From contig JAXDKU010000077.1 in the NCBI GenBank assembly GCA_034667005.1, positions 12,784 to 76,783 of the forward strand: a DNA stretch of 64,000 nt, read 5' to 3'. This document shows, piece by piece, positions 1-10,674 of the stretch. The notes beneath the pieces were generated by a model, which was not told where the DNA came from, did not search any database, and saw nothing but the letters and a program-made list of their open reading frames with translations. Positions within the stretch are counted from its first letter, which is position 1. Each line of letters starts with the position of its first letter. The stretch is from Chloroflexota bacterium (lineage in GTDB: Bacteria; Chloroflexota; Limnocylindria; Limnocylindrales; CSP1-4). The position numbers and the translations under genes are program-made.

Positions 1-26
1 CAGATGTGGGCGGACGGAGGCTCGGC

Positions 27-1013
27 ATGGCGGAACTGACCTACCGCGCGGCGATGGCCGCGGGCATTGCCCAGGAGATGGACCGCGACCCGTCGGTGGT
101 GCTGGTCGGCGAGGACGTCGGGGCGGCCGGCGGCGTCTTCAAGCTCACCGAGGGACTGTTCGAGCGCTTCGGGTCCCGCCGCGTCGTGGACACACCGATC
201 AGCGAGCAGGCCATCGTCGGCGCGGCGATGGGCGCGGCCATGACCGGCCTGCGGCCCGTCGCAGAGCTGATGTTCTCCGACTTCTTCGCCGTGACCTGGG
301 ACATGGTCGTCAACCAGATCGCCAAGACGCGCTACATGACCAACGGCCAGGTGTCGCTGCCACTCGTGCTGACCACCGCGAACGGCGCGGGCCTCCGTTT
401 CGGGGCGCAGCACTCGCAGAGCGTCGAGAACTGGGCCATGGCCATCCCGGGGCTCAAGATCGTGGCGCCTTCCACACCCGCCGACGCGTTCGGCCTGATG
501 GCTGCGGCCATTCGGGATCCGGACCCAGTGATCTACACGGCCCACAAGGCGCTCTTCGCGACCAAGGGCGAGGTCCCCGACGGCGAGCACCTCGACACCC
601 TCGGGACGGCGCGCATCGTCCGGGCCGGCACGGACGCGACGATCGTGGCGCTCGCGGCGATGGTGCCTCGCGCCCTCGAGGCCGCGAACCGGCTCCAGGA
701 CAGCGACGGGATCTCCGCCGAGGTGATCGATCTCCGCTCGCTCGTGCCGTTGGACACGCGGACCATCCTCGCGTCGGTCGAGAAGACGGCCCGCCTGTTC
801 ACGGTCGAGGAGAACCCCCGGCTGTGCGGCTGGGGCGCGGAGATCGCCTCGATCGTCGCGGACGAGGGCTTCTACTCGCTCGACGCGCCGATCGTCCGGA
901 TCACCACCCCGCACGTCCCGCTGGCGGCGGCCGCGAACCTGGAAGACCTGGCGATCCCCTCGGTGGAACGCATCGTCGAGACCGTCCGGCGGCGGCTGGA
1001 CGAGGCACGCTGA
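27..1013 (+). CDS. 2-oxoacid (pyruvate/acetoin/branched-chain) dehydrogenase E1 component, beta subunit
   Basis: In ORF 6..1013. ATG at 27 is preceded by GGACGGAGG. The translation has the transketolase-like E1-beta pattern (LVGEDVG..GGVFK.T.GL...FG..RV.DTPISEQ). A frame-1 reading frame open at the left edge and stopping at 37-39 would be the 3' end of the E1-alpha gene. Confidence 0.85.
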   Translation: MAELTYRAAMAAGIAQEMDRDPSVVLVGEDVGAAGGVFKLTEGLFERFGSRRVVDTPISEQAIVGAAMGAAMTGLRPVAELMFSDFFAVTWDMVVNQIAKTRYMTNGQVSLPLVLTTANGAGLRFGAQHSQSVENWAMAIPGLKIVAPSTPADAFGLMAAAIRDPDPVIYTAHKALFATKGEVPDGEHLDTLGTARIVRAGTDATIVALAAMVPRALEAANRLQDSDGISAEVIDLRSLVPLDTRTILASVEKTARLFTVEENPRLCGWGAEIASIVADEGFYSLDAPIVRITTPHVPLAAAANLEDLAIPSVERIVETVRRRLDEAR

Positions 1014-1023
1014 CCGCGGGCCG

Positions 1024-1986
1024 ATGACCACGGTCGCGATTCTCGGCACCGGGCGGATGGGCTCGGCCATGGCGCGGGCGCTCGCCGCGGACGGGCACCG
1101 GCTGGCGCTCTACAACCGGACCCGGAAGACGGCGCGGGCGCTCGCCGATCAGCTCGGCGCGCAGGTGGCGGAGGTGGCGGAGTCGCCGGCCGCCGCGGTG
1201 GCCGCCGCGGACGTGGTCATCAGCATGGTCGCGGACGGCGACGCGGTGATGCGGCTCTACGAGGGCGATGGCGACCGAGGTGGCGCGCCCGGCGCGCTCG
1301 GTGCGCTCGAGGGCCTTCGTCCGGGCCACGTGGTGCTGGAGATGAGCACCGTGCTGCCCGAGGTGTCGCGATCGCTGGAGGGGCGCGTGCGGGCGCGCGG
1401 GGCCGGCATCCTGGACGCGCCCGTCTCCGGCAGCGTCTCGCTTGCGGAGACCGGACAGCTCACGATCATGGTCGGCGGCGAGGGCGCGGATCTCGAGCGC
1501 GCCCGGCCCGTCCTCGAGTCGCTCTCGGCGCGCATCTTCCACATGGGCCCGCTGGGGTCCGGCGCCGTGATGAAGCTCGCCGTGAACAACGCGGTGATGG
1601 GTCTCAACCAGACCATCTCCGAGTCCCTCGTGCTGGCGGAGCGAGCGGGCATCGAGCGGTCGAAGGCCTACGAGGTGTTCGCCGGCAGCGCGGTCGGCGC
1701 CCCCTTCGTGCAGTACAAGCGGTCGGCCTTCGTGACGCCGGACGACACGGCCGTGGCCTTCAGCATCGACCTTGCGGCCAAGGACATGGGCCTGATCCTG
1801 GACCTCGGGGAGCAGGTCGGCGCCGACCTGCCGCAGGCCGAGATCGACATCGCCGTGCTGCATGAGATCGCCGACGCGGGCGGAGGGGGGCGCGACCTGT
1901 CGTCGGTGGCCTCGCACCTCCGTGACACAGCAGACCGTTCGGACCGAGGGGTCCCCGTGCGGCACGAGGGAGTGCCGATGACCTAG
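1024..1986 (+). CDS. NAD(P)-dependent beta-hydroxyacid dehydrogenase (3-hydroxyisobutyrate / 6-phosphogluconate dehydrogenase-like family)
   Basis: N-terminal Rossmann motif VAILGTGRMGSAMARAL. The pattern DAPVSGS...G.L.IMVGG and the C-terminal all-helical domain are typical of the HIBADH family. Confidence 0.8.
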   Translation: MTTVAILGTGRMGSAMARALAADGHRLALYNRTRKTARALADQLGAQVAEVAESPAAAVAAADVVISMVADGDAVMRLYEGDGDRGGAPGALGALEGLRPGHVVLEMSTVLPEVSRSLEGRVRARGAGILDAPVSGSVSLAETGQLTIMVGGEGADLERARPVLESLSARIFHMGPLGSGAVMKLAVNNAVMGLNQTISESLVLAERAGIERSKAYEVFAGSAVGAPFVQYKRSAFVTPDDTAVAFSIDLAAKDMGLILDLGEQVGADLPQAEIDIAVLHEIADAGGGGRDLSSVASHLRDTADRSDRGVPVRHEGVPMT

Positions 1987-2093
1987 GCGCGTCCACGCGG
2001 GCCGGGTCCCAGATCCCCGGGTCGCGATCCACAGGCCGGGCTGCGCCGAATGTGGCAGGCGCCGCCGGTCGAACTCCAAGGAGGGCAACTCGC

Positions 2094-3518
2094 ATGGCGA
2101 ACCGAACCCTGATCCGCGGGGCGTACGTGCTGACGCAGGACCCTGACATCGGCGAGCTCCAGGATGCCGACGTCCTGATTGAGGGAGACAAGATCGCCGC
2201 GGTCGGGAAGGGCCTCTCGGCTGAAGGCGCCGACGTGATCGACGCCAAGGGCGACATCGTCATCCCCGGCTTCATCGACACGCACCGGCATACCTGGGAA
2301 ACCTCCATCCGCACGTGCGCGCCGGACTACACGCTGGGTGCCTACTTCGGAGCGATCCTGGACAAGTTCGCGCCGAACTACCGGGCCGAGGATGTGTACG
2401 CGGCCAACCAGTGGGGCGCCCTCGAGTGCGCGAACGCGGGCATCACCACCCTGGTCGACTGGTCGCACATCATCAACACCCCGGACCATGCGGACGCGGC
2501 GATCCGGGGCCTGCGGGACTCGGGCATTCGCTCCGTCTTCGCCTTCGGCTTCCCCAACACGTCGCTCCAGGACTGGTGGTTCGGACGGGACTGGGGCGGC
2601 AGCGTCGAGCGGATCGACGGTGAGCTTGCCCGCCGGATCCGGAAGGACGAGCTCAGCGACGACAGTGCCCTCATCACCATGGCGCTGGCCACGCGCGGGA
2701 CGAACTTCTGCAAGCCGGACGTGGTCAGGTTCGAGTGGGAGCTGGCCAAGGAGCTGGGCATCAACATCACGGTCCACGTCGCGATGGACCGCTTCGGCTA
2801 CACCAAGGGCCAGCTGCGCGCGCTCAAGGAGATGGACCTCCTCTACCCGAACACGACGTACATCCACGCCTCGCACCTGATGGAGGACGAGTGGCTGATG
2901 GTCCGCGACTCCGGCGGCAACGTGTCGCTCGCGCCGCAGATCGAGCTCCAGATGGGCCACGGCTGGGCGCCGGCACAGACCGCGGAGCGGCTCGGCATCC
3001 CCGTCGGCCTGAGCTCGGACGTCGCGACCACGGCGTCGTCCGACCAGTTCACGCAGATGCACGCGATCTTCGCCTCGGAGCGCGGACGCCGGCACGAGAT
3101 CTCCTGGGAACAGAATCTCGACGGCAACGAGCCGACGCCCGACCTGATCACCGCCCGGCAGGTCCTCCGCTGGGCCACCCTGGACGGCGCCAAGGTCGCG
3201 GGGATCGCCGATCGAACGGGCTCGATCACGCCCGGCAAGAAGGCAGACCTGGTGATCATCGACGGAGGCGCCGTCAATGTGGCGCCGATCATCGACCCGG
3301 TCGGGGCGGTCGTCTGCGCCGCGGACGTCTCGAATGTCGACACCGTCATCATCGACGGGCGGATCGTCAAGAAGGACGGCAAGCTCCTGGCCAACCTGGA
3401 CACTCCGCGCCGGCTCGTCGAGGAGTCGCGCGATTACCTCGTCTCGACCGTCGACGTGCAGCCCGGCTGGATGCCGCGTACGCCGGCTGCGCTGGAGGCG
3501 GCCGGGTCCATCGCCTGA
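2094..3518 (+). CDS. metal-dependent amidohydrolase (cytosine deaminase / chlorohydrolase-like superfamily)
   Basis: In ORF 2052..3518. ATG at 2094 is preceded by AAGGAGGG. It has the motif PGFIDTHRHTWE (HxH metal ligands) and the composite beta-barrel ends typical of amidohydrolase_1. Confidence 0.85.
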   Translation: MANRTLIRGAYVLTQDPDIGELQDADVLIEGDKIAAVGKGLSAEGADVIDAKGDIVIPGFIDTHRHTWETSIRTCAPDYTLGAYFGAILDKFAPNYRAEDVYAANQWGALECANAGITTLVDWSHIINTPDHADAAIRGLRDSGIRSVFAFGFPNTSLQDWWFGRDWGGSVERIDGELARRIRKDELSDDSALITMALATRGTNFCKPDVVRFEWELAKELGINITVHVAMDRFGYTKGQLRALKEMDLLYPNTTYIHASHLMEDEWLMVRDSGGNVSLAPQIELQMGHGWAPAQTAERLGIPVGLSSDVATTASSDQFTQMHAIFASERGRRHEISWEQNLDGNEPTPDLITARQVLRWATLDGAKVAGIADRTGSITPGKKADLVIIDGGAVNVAPIIDPVGAVVCAADVSNVDTVIIDGRIVKKDGKLLANLDTPRRLVEESRDYLVSTVDVQPGWMPRTPAALEAAGSIA

Positions 3519-3541
3519 CCTGGCCTTGCATGGCTCACTCC

Positions 3542-3571
3542 GAGGCCCCGTTCCCCCAGGGACGGGGCCTC
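3542..3571. terminator. bidirectional GC-rich hairpin between convergent genes
   Basis: GAGGCCCCGT-tcccccaggg-ACGGGGCCTC forms a 10-bp perfect stem that can extend through the CCC/GGG in the loop. It lies between the stops at 3518 (+) and 3586 (-). Confidence 0.6.
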
Positions 3572-3585
3572 ACCACGTCCCGCCG

Positions 3586-4665
3586 TTAGTTCTTCTTGGC
3601 GAGCTCCATGGCCACGTCCACGATCATGTCCTCCTGGCCGCCGACGACCTTGCGGCGGCCCAGCTCCAGGAGGATCTCCCGGGCGTCGACGCCGAAGCGG
3701 GCCGCGGCGCGCTCCGTGTGCAGCAGGAAGCTCGAATAGACCCCGGCGTAGCCGAGGGTCAGCGTGGAGCGGTCGATCAACTGGGGGCGCGGCATGATCG
3801 GCGCGACCACGTCCTCGCCGACGTCCATGATCGCGAGCGTGTCGACGCCGGTCGCATAGCCAAGCTTGTCCGAGACCGCGACCAAGACCTCCGTCGGGCA
3901 GTTGCCCGCACCCGCGCCGAGGCCTCGGGAGCAGCCGTCGATCTGGTCCACGCCCTCCTCCAGCGCGCCGATCGAGTTCGCCACGGCCAGCGACAGGTTG
4001 TTGTGGGCGTGGATGCCCACCTGGGTCGAGGCCCGCAGCCCGGCCTTCAGCTCGGCCACCCGCGCGCGCGCATCGAGCGTCGTCATGGCGCCCGCGGAGT
4101 CGACCACGTAGACCGAGTCGGCGCCGGCGTCCTCCATGATCCGGGCCTGGGCCAGCAGCGCAGCGGGCTCGATCATGTGGGCCATCATCAGGAACCCGAC
4201 CGCCTCCATGCCCAGGTCCCTGGCCTTGCGGATGTGCTGGATCGAGATGTCCGCCTCCGTGCAGTGCGTGGCGATCCGGGCCACGGACGCGCCCAGCTCG
4301 CGAACGTCCTCCAGGTCCGAGGCGAGGCCGATCCCCGGGATGAGCAGCACGGCGATCTTGGCCCGCTTCACGACCGCGGCCGCGGCACGGATCAGCTCCC
4401 GCTCATCCAGCCGCGAGAAGCCGTAGTTGAACGACGAGCCGCCGAGGCCGTCGCCGTGGCTGATCTCGATGACCGGGACGCCGGCACGGTCCAGGGCGCC
4501 GGCCACCGCCGCCGCCTGCTCCGGCGTGAACTGGTGCGCGACCGCGTGCGAGCCATCGCGCAGGGTCGAATCGGTGAGCCGGTAGGCAAGCTTCGGCGCG
4601 GGCGCGGGCGCGGTCGCGGCTGCGGCCTCGGTCGCGGCCTCCGTCCCGGCGCCGGGCGCGCTCAC
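3586..4665 (-). CDS. dmpG: 4-hydroxy-2-oxovalerate aldolase
   Basis: C-terminal part of the artefactual 715-aa ORF 3586..5733. GTG at 4665 overlaps the upstream stop (GTGA). Diagnostic sequence: TLRDGSH...[15 protein letters not shown]...HAHNNL.LAVANS. The N-terminus is an Ala/Thr/Pro-rich extension. Confidence 0.9.
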   Translation of the reverse strand: MSAPGAGTEAATEAAAATAPAPAPKLAYRLTDSTLRDGSHAVAHQFTPEQAAAVAGALDRAGVPVIEISHGDGLGGSSFNYGFSRLDERELIRAAAAVVKRAKIAVLLIPGIGLASDLEDVRELGASVARIATHCTEADISIQHIRKARDLGMEAVGFLMMAHMIEPAALLAQARIMEDAGADSVYVVDSAGAMTTLDARARVAELKAGLRASTQVGIHAHNNLSLAVANSIGALEEGVDQIDGCSRGLGAGAGNCPTEVLVAVSDKLGYATGVDTLAIMDVGEDVVAPIMPRPQLIDRSTLTLGYAGVYSSFLLHTERAAARFGVDAREILLELGRRKVVGGQEDMIVDVAMELAKKN

Positions 4666-5609
4666 GCCGGCACCCCGGCTGCCGCTGACGCGGCCGGGCT
4701 GTGGCCCACGATCCGCCGCTCGGCCAGCGTCTCGCCGACCCGCAGGGCGGCCGCGGTCATGATGTCCAGGTTGCCCGCGTATGGCGGCAGGTAGTCGCCG
4801 TTGCCCGTGACCTCCAGGAAGATCGAGACGCGTCCGGCGGCCGCGCCGCCCGGCGTCGGGAACGGCCCGTCGTCGAAGCTCACGCCCTTCACGCGGTAGC
4901 CGGGCACGTACTGGGCGACCTCCGCGGCCATCGCGTGGATCGACGCTTCCACCGCGGCCGCGTCGGCGTCCCTCGGCAGCGCGCAGTAGACCGTGTTGCG
5001 CATCAGGATCGGCGGCTCGGCCGGGTTGAGCACGATGATCGCCTTGCCGTGGGCCGCGCCCCCGATCGTCTCGAGGCCGCGCGCGGTGGTCTCCGTGAAC
5101 TCGTCGATGTTCGCGCGCGTGCCCGGGCCCGCGGATCGGGACGCGACCGTGGACACGATCTCGGCGTACGGGACGGCCACGACCCGCGACACGGCCGCAA
5201 CCATCGGGATCGTCGCCTGGCCGCCGCAGGTGATCAGGTTGAGGTTCGGCCGGTCCAGGTGCTCGGCGAGGTTGACGACCGGGATGACGGCGGGACCGAC
5301 GGCCGCGGGCGTGAGGTCGATCGCGATGATGCCCAGCGCTTCGTAGCGCGGCGCCGCCGCGGCATGCACCCGCGCCGAGGTGGCCTCGAAGACGAGCCGG
5401 ATGCCCAGCCGCTCGGCGTTGGCCAGCAGCCAGTCGATCCCCTCTGCGGTCGCCTCCAGCCCGGCGGCCCGCGCCTTCATGAGGCCGTCGGAATCGGGAT
5501 CGATGCCGACCATCGCGACGGGTTCCAGGACCGTGGAGCGCTGGAGCTTCTTCATCAGGTCCGTGCCGATGTTCCCGCTGCCGACGATCGCGACCGGAAT
5601 GCGCGCCAT
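4662..5609 (-). CDS. acetaldehyde dehydrogenase (acetylating), DmpF/MhpF/BphJ type
   Basis: ATG at 5609 has AGGAGG 5 nt upstream. Motif [14 protein letters not shown], followed by the [12 protein letters not shown] catalytic Cys region. Confidence 0.9.
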   Translation of the reverse strand: MARIPVAIVGSGNIGTDLMKKLQRSTVLEPVAMVGIDPDSDGLMKARAAGLEATAEGIDWLLANAERLGIRLVFEATSARVHAAAAPRYEALGIIAIDLTPAAVGPAVIPVVNLAEHLDRPNLNLITCGGQATIPMVAAVSRVVAVPYAEIVSTVASRSAGPGTRANIDEFTETTARGLETIGGAAHGKAIIVLNPAEPPILMRNTVYCALPRDADAAAVEASIHAMAAEVAQYVPGYRVKGVSFDDGPFPTPGGAAAGRVSIFLEVTGNGDYLPPYAGNLDIMTAAALRVGETLAERRIVGHSPAASAAAGVPA

Positions 5610-5623
5610 GCCTGCCTCCTGCA

Positions 5624-6412
5624 TCAGCGGAAGCGGACCACGACCGAGCCGAGCCGGTCGAACCGCGCAGTGAACTCGTCACCGGCAGACGCGGCCACCG
5701 ACGCGTGCATCGCCCCCGGGATGACCAGGTCACCGGGCTGGAGCGTCACGCCCAGCGCGCCGAGCGTGTTCGCCGCCCAGGCCACGGCCGCGACCGGATC
5801 GCCGAGGACAGCCGCTCCGGTGCCGCGCCCGACCTCATCGCCGCCGCGCTCCAGGACCACGCCGATCTCGCGGAGGTCGAGGCCGTCCAGCGCCGTGAGG
5901 GGTCCGGCCCGCACGACCCGAGCAGACGACGCCATGTCGGCGACCGTGTCGGGAAGCGTCAGGCGCCAGTTCTCGATGCGGGAGTCGATCACCTCGATGG
6001 TGGGGCAGACGCCCGCCGTGGCGTCCAGCACGTTCTGCGCGGTCACGCCCGGTCCCCTCAGCGCGCCGCCCAGCACGAAGCCGATCTCCGCCTCGACCCG
6101 AGGCGCGATCAGCGCGTCCCGTTCGATCGTCGCGCCGCTCTCGACGAGCCAGCCCGAGAGGATGGGCGCGTAGTCGGGCTCGTCCACGCCGAGCTGCTCC
6201 TGCATCGCGCGGCTGGTGAGGCCAACCTTCCAGCCGGCGACCGACTCGCCGGCCGCCATGCGGGCCGTCACGGTCGCCTGCTGGATCCGGTACGCGTCGG
6301 CCACGGCCAGGCCGGGATGCTGGGCCGACAGCTGGGCCACCGGCCGGCGATCGCGGGTTGCGGCCGCGAGCTGGTCGGCGAACGCCTGGACCGTCGCGTC
6401 ATCCACCGGCAT
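5624..6412 (-). CDS. 2-oxopent-4-enoate (2-keto-4-pentenoate) hydratase, FAH family
   Basis: ATG at 6412 (MPVDD...). The pattern AY.IQ......G....GWKVGLTS...Q and E.EI.FVL is typical of MhpD/DmpE/BphH. A 4-oxalocrotonate decarboxylase paralogue cannot be excluded. Confidence 0.8.
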   Translation of the reverse strand: MPVDDATVQAFADQLAAATRDRRPVAQLSAQHPGLAVADAYRIQQATVTARMAAGESVAGWKVGLTSRAMQEQLGVDEPDYAPILSGWLVESGATIERDALIAPRVEAEIGFVLGGALRGPGVTAQNVLDATAGVCPTIEVIDSRIENWRLTLPDTVADMASSARVVRAGPLTALDGLDLREIGVVLERGGDEVGRGTGAAVLGDPVAAVAWAANTLGALGVTLQPGDLVIPGAMHASVAASAGDEFTARFDRLGSVVVRFR

Positions 6413-7679
6413 CGACCGCCCTCGCAGCGCGGTTCTGCCCCCCGGCGCCGCTCGTGCCACCGCCCCGCCGCAGGTACCAGCTGAGTCCCAGCACCGCGAG
6501 AAGCGCCACCTCCACCAGGAGGGCGGCGAAGTAGGGAGCGGGGTATCCGTACAGATCGATCATCCAGCCCCAGATCGCGGCGCCGACCCCGAGCGCGAGC
6601 TGGAAGCCGAGCGTGTACGTGGCCATGGCCGCCCCCATCCGCCGCGGATCGGACTGGTCGATCGCCATGGCCATCGCGGCCGGCGAGGTGAACGACGCGG
6701 CCGCCGCGTAGATCGCGCCGCCGACCGTCAGCATCGGCACGTCCTGCGCCCCAGCGGCGATCACGAGGGCGACGATCGCGAGGCCGGCACCCGCCGCGAT
6801 CACCGGCCGGCGCGGCGCCCGGTCGATGTAGCGCCCGGAGATGAGCCGAAGCCCGACCAGGACCACGCCGTAGACCGGGTAGTAGAGCGCCAGTTGCTCG
6901 AGGGGAATTTGGCGGCTGGTCGCCCAGATCGCCGGATAGATCAGGAAGAGCGCCGAGACCGACGTGAAGAGGAACTCGAGGCCCATCGGGACGACGGCCC
7001 CCGGCTCGAAGAGGCTCCGCCAGAAGCCCTCCCGGGTCGGGGCCGCGACGGGCCGGAGCACCGGTAGCGGCCCGAGCACGATCACGGCCGTCGCGGCGAT
7101 CCCCATGACGGCGGCGAGGACGAACGGCCCGGACGTGCCCGTGACGCCGAAGAGGAGCAGCCCGATGGCGGGCATGACCGTCTGGGCGATGCCGGCCATC
7201 ATCACGTAGACGCTCGCCGCCTCGCCCCGCCGGCCTGCCGGCGCGAGGCGCGCCACCATCGAGTGGCCGGCAGCATTGAAGGCGGACCACGCGGCGCCGT
7301 GGAGGATGCGGTTCGCGAAGATCGCACCCAGGTTCGGGACCAGGTAGAGGAACCCGGTCAGGCCGATGCCCCCGGTCCCGAGCGCGAGCACGTGGCGGTT
7401 GCTCCACTCGTCGACGAGGCGGCCCATGAACGGGCGCAGGATCACCGAGGGGAAGCTGAACGCGGCGATGATCAGCCCGACCGTGGTCGCGTCCCCGCCG
7501 CGTTCGAGCACCAGGATCGGCAGGATCGGCTGGATCAGGAACTGGCTCCCGAAGCCGAGCAGCCCCACGACGCAGAGCGCGACGATCTGCGGCGTGTAGA
7601 GCGACTGCGTGGGCACGGCGACCGACGGGCTGGCCGCCGATTCGACGGCACTGTTCCGCAATGTGGAAATACGTCTCAC
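6399..7679 (-). CDS. MFS transporter
   Basis: In ORF 6399..7829. It is a multi-span hydrophobic protein with the MFS loop motif (RPFMGRLVDEW). The start is uncertain: GTG at 7679 is chosen, and GTG at 7616 is also possible. It overlaps the hydratase start by 14 nt. Confidence 0.75.
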   Translation of the reverse strand: MRRISTLRNSAVESAASPSVAVPTQSLYTPQIVALCVVGLLGFGSQFLIQPILPILVLERGGDATTVGLIIAAFSFPSVILRPFMGRLVDEWSNRHVLALGTGGIGLTGFLYLVPNLGAIFANRILHGAAWSAFNAAGHSMVARLAPAGRRGEAASVYVMMAGIAQTVMPAIGLLLFGVTGTSGPFVLAAVMGIAATAVIVLGPLPVLRPVAAPTREGFWRSLFEPGAVVPMGLEFLFTSVSALFLIYPAIWATSRQIPLEQLALYYPVYGVVLVGLRLISGRYIDRAPRRPVIAAGAGLAIVALVIAAGAQDVPMLTVGGAIYAAAASFTSPAAMAMAIDQSDPRRMGAAMATYTLGFQLALGVGAAIWGWMIDLYGYPAPYFAALLVEVALLAVLGLSWYLRRGGGTSGAGGQNRAARAVDAGG

Positions 7680-7782
7680 CTTGGTCGCGATCGTATCCAG
7701 CCGCCGAGGCGAGGTCAACTTGGGGAGTGGCGTGTGGCGCTCGGCGGGCACCGCGGCCGAGCGGCGGTCGGGTCCGAGGGTC

Positions 7783-8670
7783 CTAGACGGTGGCGGGCCG
7801 GAGCACCTCGGCCGGGCAGCCCAGCGCAAGCGACATCTCGTTGGCCGCCTCGACGACCTGCGCCGCGCGCACGGGGATCACCTCCGGTTTGAAGCGGGAC
7901 GTCGGGCCGGCGATGCTGATCGCGGCGACCACGTGGCTGGTGTGGTCGCGGACCGGGGCGGCGATGCAGGTCAGCCCCTCGTCGATCTCCTCGTTGTCGA
8001 TGGCGTACCCGCGCTCACGCGCACGCGCGAGATCCTGCTGGAGGATCGCCAGGTCGGTCACGGTATGCGCCGTCATCTGGGCCATGCCGCGCCGCGCGAC
8101 GATGCCCTTGAGCACCTCGTCCGGCAGGAATGCGACGAGGGACTTCCCGACGCCCGTGCAATGGACCGGCAGGCGGCGACCGACCTGCGACGGCATCCGC
8201 AGGGAGCGCGAGCTTTCCACCTTGTCCACGTAGAGCACCTGGCCGTCGTTGAGCACCGCCAGGTGGGTCGTCTCTCCGGACACATCGGTGAGGTGCTGGA
8301 GGTAGGGCTTGACCCGGTCGACCCAGTCGACCTGGCTTGTGGCGAGCGAGCCCAGCTCCCACAGCTTGATGCCGAGGCGGTAGCGCCGGCTGATCGGATC
8401 CTGCGCGACCATCCCCCGGCGCAGCAGCGAGGCGAGGAGCCGGTGGGTCGTCGCCTTCTTCAGCCCCAGCGCCCGGCTGACGTCGCTGACGCCCAGCTCC
8501 GGTCCGAGCCTCGGGAATGCCTCGAGGATGTCGACCACGCGGTCGACCACCTGCGCTCCTGCCAGGCTGCGCTCGCCGGCGTCCCCGTCAGGCGCGGCGA
8601 TGTCGAGCGCGGCGATGGGCGCGGACGTCACGGCTTGCGCAGCGCGCAAGGGAGCCGTCGAGGGAGCCAT
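7783..8670 (-). CDS. IclR family transcriptional regulator
   Basis: N-terminal wHTH (V.R...ILEAF......LGVSDVSRALGL.K.T.HRLL..L) and a C-terminal IclR effector domain (G.A.D.EE...G..C.A.PV). Confidence 0.9.
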   Translation of the reverse strand: MAPSTAPLRAAQAVTSAPIAALDIAAPDGDAGERSLAGAQVVDRVVDILEAFPRLGPELGVSDVSRALGLKKATTHRLLASLLRRGMVAQDPISRRYRLGIKLWELGSLATSQVDWVDRVKPYLQHLTDVSGETTHLAVLNDGQVLYVDKVESSRSLRMPSQVGRRLPVHCTGVGKSLVAFLPDEVLKGIVARRGMAQMTAHTVTDLAILQQDLARARERGYAIDNEEIDEGLTCIAAPVRDHTSHVVAAISIAGPTSRFKPEVIPVRAAQVVEAANEMSLALGCPAEVLRPATV

Positions 8671-8762
8671 GGTGGCGGCGATGCTATCACCGGCACCAGC
8701 GCCGCCGAACAGGCTCCGCGGTTGACATCGCCGACCGGCCGTCCATACACTCGGTCGCGATT

Positions 8763-8786
8763 GTGGACCGCCGTTCCACCATATGG
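8763..8786. promoter_or_regulatory. candidate IclR operator in a divergent promoter region
   Basis: Imperfect inverted repeat GTGGAC-cgcc-GTTCCAC (8763-8779), directly followed by the 8-bp palindrome CCATATGG (8779-8786). It lies between the iclR start (8670, -) and the hydrolase start (8823, +). Confidence 0.3.
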
Positions 8787-8822
8787 AGCGTTTTGCGTGA
8801 ATTTCTCCTCCCCGACCGCTGC

Positions 8823-9710
8823 ATGAGCACCATCTGGACCGACCTCCTCGGTGCCCGGGTGCAGTACCTCGGCGACCGCTATCGGTCGCGCGTGATCGAG
8901 GCCGGCGAGGGCGAGCCGCTGCTGCTCCTCCACGGCATCGGCGGCCACGCCGAGGCGTACAGCCGCAACGTCGTGCGGCTGGGCCGTTCGTTCCGCGCGA
9001 TGGCGGTGGACTTCCTGTGGCACGGCTACTCGTCCAAGCCCGAGTACGTGGACGGCGAGGACATCCCCGCCTACGCGGGCCAGCTCATCGACCTGCTCGA
9101 CGCCGAGGGCATCGAGAAGGCGCACCTCGAGGGCGAATCCCTGGGGGGCTGGGTCGCACTGTGGATGGCGCTGCACCACCCCGAGCGCGTCGGCAGCCTC
9201 GTCCTCAACACGACGGCGGGCATTCGCTGGAAGCCGGGCACGGTCCCGGAGAAGCCGCACACCGGCCGTGAGCTGCTCGCGCAGCGCTCGCTCGCCGCGA
9301 TCGACGCGCCCACGCACGAGACGATCCGCAAGCGCCTCGAGTGGCTGATGGTGAGCCCGGACCGGGTCACCGACGAGCTGGTCGATGTCCGCGTCGCCAT
9401 CTACTCGGACCCCGCCAACCAGCCCTCGCTTCGCCGGGTCTTCGAGAACGCGTTCGCCGGGACGGGCGCGCCGCGCAAGACGATCCCCGAGGAGCAGCTC
9501 GGCGACGTCCGTGCCCCGGCGCTGGTCCTGTGGACCGACCACAACCCCGGCACCGGCCCGGAGGTCGGCCGCACGATCGCCTCGCGCATACCTGGCGCGC
9601 AGTTCGTCTGCATGGAGGATGCTGCCCACTGGCCGCAGTGGGAACATCCGGAAGAGCACGACCGCATCGTCACCTCCTTCCTGTCCGGCAACCGGGTCGG
9701 GCAGGACTGA
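8823..9710 (+). CDS. alpha/beta hydrolase, meta-cleavage product (2-hydroxy-6-oxo-dienoate) C-C hydrolase type (BphD/MhpC/HsaD-like)
   Basis: In ORF 8517..9710; ATG at 8823. It has the oxyanion motif HGIGGH and the nucleophile elbow GESLGG, and the C-terminal AAHWPQWE contains the catalytic His. Confidence 0.85.
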   Translation: MSTIWTDLLGARVQYLGDRYRSRVIEAGEGEPLLLLHGIGGHAEAYSRNVVRLGRSFRAMAVDFLWHGYSSKPEYVDGEDIPAYAGQLIDLLDAEGIEKAHLEGESLGGWVALWMALHHPERVGSLVLNTTAGIRWKPGTVPEKPHTGRELLAQRSLAAIDAPTHETIRKRLEWLMVSPDRVTDELVDVRVAIYSDPANQPSLRRVFENAFAGTGAPRKTIPEEQLGDVRAPALVLWTDHNPGTGPEVGRTIASRIPGAQFVCMEDAAHWPQWEHPEEHDRIVTSFLSGNRVGQD

Positions 9711-9733
9711 GCCGGGTCGCAGAGGGGAGCCGC

Positions 9734-10630
9734 GTGGAAATTCGAGCGCTGTCCTACGTGGGCGTGGAGGCCACCGACCTCGACGCGTGGTCGTCCTTCT
9801 CCACGGAGTTCCTGGGCATGCCCGTGGAACGCGACGGCGAGGATCGGCTGCGGCTGCGCATGGACGAGCGGACCTACCGCATCGATGTCCGCCGCGGCGA
9901 CACGGACCGCCTCGCGTGGCTCGGCTGGGAGGTCTCCTCGGCCGCCGATCTCGCGTCGCTGGAGCGCCGTCTCGGCGGCGCCGGCATCGAGACGACCCAC
10001 GGCACGTCCGAGGACGCGAAGGATCGTGGCGTCGTGGACCTGATTCGTTTCGACGATCCCGCGGGCAATCACCTGGAGGCGTTCTTCGGGCAGGAGGCCG
10101 ACTTCCGGCCGATCACCTTGACGCGCCCGATGGAGGGGTACCTCACGGACGAGCTGGGCATGGGCCACGCGGTGATCGGCGTCCGCAACTACCGCGAGAC
10201 CTTCGACTTCTACGTGAACACGCTCGGGTTCCGGGTGAGCGACACGTTCAAGAACTTCATCGCGTTCCTGCACTGCAACCCGCGCCATCACTCCCTGGCG
10301 CTGGTCGAGACGGACGAGCCGGGCCTGCGCCACATTATGCTGGAGACCCGCGCGATCGACGACGTCGGCATGGCCATCGACATCGCGAAGCGCCGCGGCG
10401 AGCTGACCCGCACCCTGGGCCGCCACACCAACGACAAGGCGGTCTCCTTCTACGTGGAGACGCCGGGGGGCTGGGAGATCGAGTACGGCTGGAGCGGCAT
10501 GCAGCTGGACGACGAGGTGGCGATCGTCCGCCAGCTCGCCGGTCCCACCAGCCTGTGGGGCCACGAGCTCGTCGGCGGCCGCGAGTTGATGTCCACGGCC
10601 ACGGCGTCCACGGCCAAGGCTTCGGGCTAG
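9734..10630 (+). CDS. type I extradiol ring-cleavage dioxygenase (BphC/HsaC-like, VOC superfamily)
   Basis: In ORF 9341..10630. GTG at 9734 follows GAGGGGAG. It has a two-domain VOC architecture with the motifs LGY.G.....D...W, GMGH......F and H.N...SFY. Confidence 0.85.
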   Translation: MEIRALSYVGVEATDLDAWSSFSTEFLGMPVERDGEDRLRLRMDERTYRIDVRRGDTDRLAWLGWEVSSAADLASLERRLGGAGIETTHGTSEDAKDRGVVDLIRFDDPAGNHLEAFFGQEADFRPITLTRPMEGYLTDELGMGHAVIGVRNYRETFDFYVNTLGFRVSDTFKNFIAFLHCNPRHHSLALVETDEPGLRHIMLETRAIDDVGMAIDIAKRRGELTRTLGRHTNDKAVSFYVETPGGWEIEYGWSGMQLDDEVAIVRQLAGPTSLWGHELVGGRELMSTATASTAKASG

Positions 10631-10674
10631 GGCGGGGCTCGGGCCGTGGAGCGCAGGGTCGACCGGAGCGCCAG

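Noticed and set aside
3586-5733. 715-aa ORF that looks like a fused aldolase-dehydrogenase protein
   Set aside because: Only the C-terminal ~359 residues resemble DmpG. The N-terminal half is an Arg/Gly/Pro-rich out-of-frame read-through across the acetaldehyde dehydrogenase gene, which is encoded in another frame (4662-5609). The GTG at 4665 overlapping the upstream stop gives the normal two-gene arrangement.
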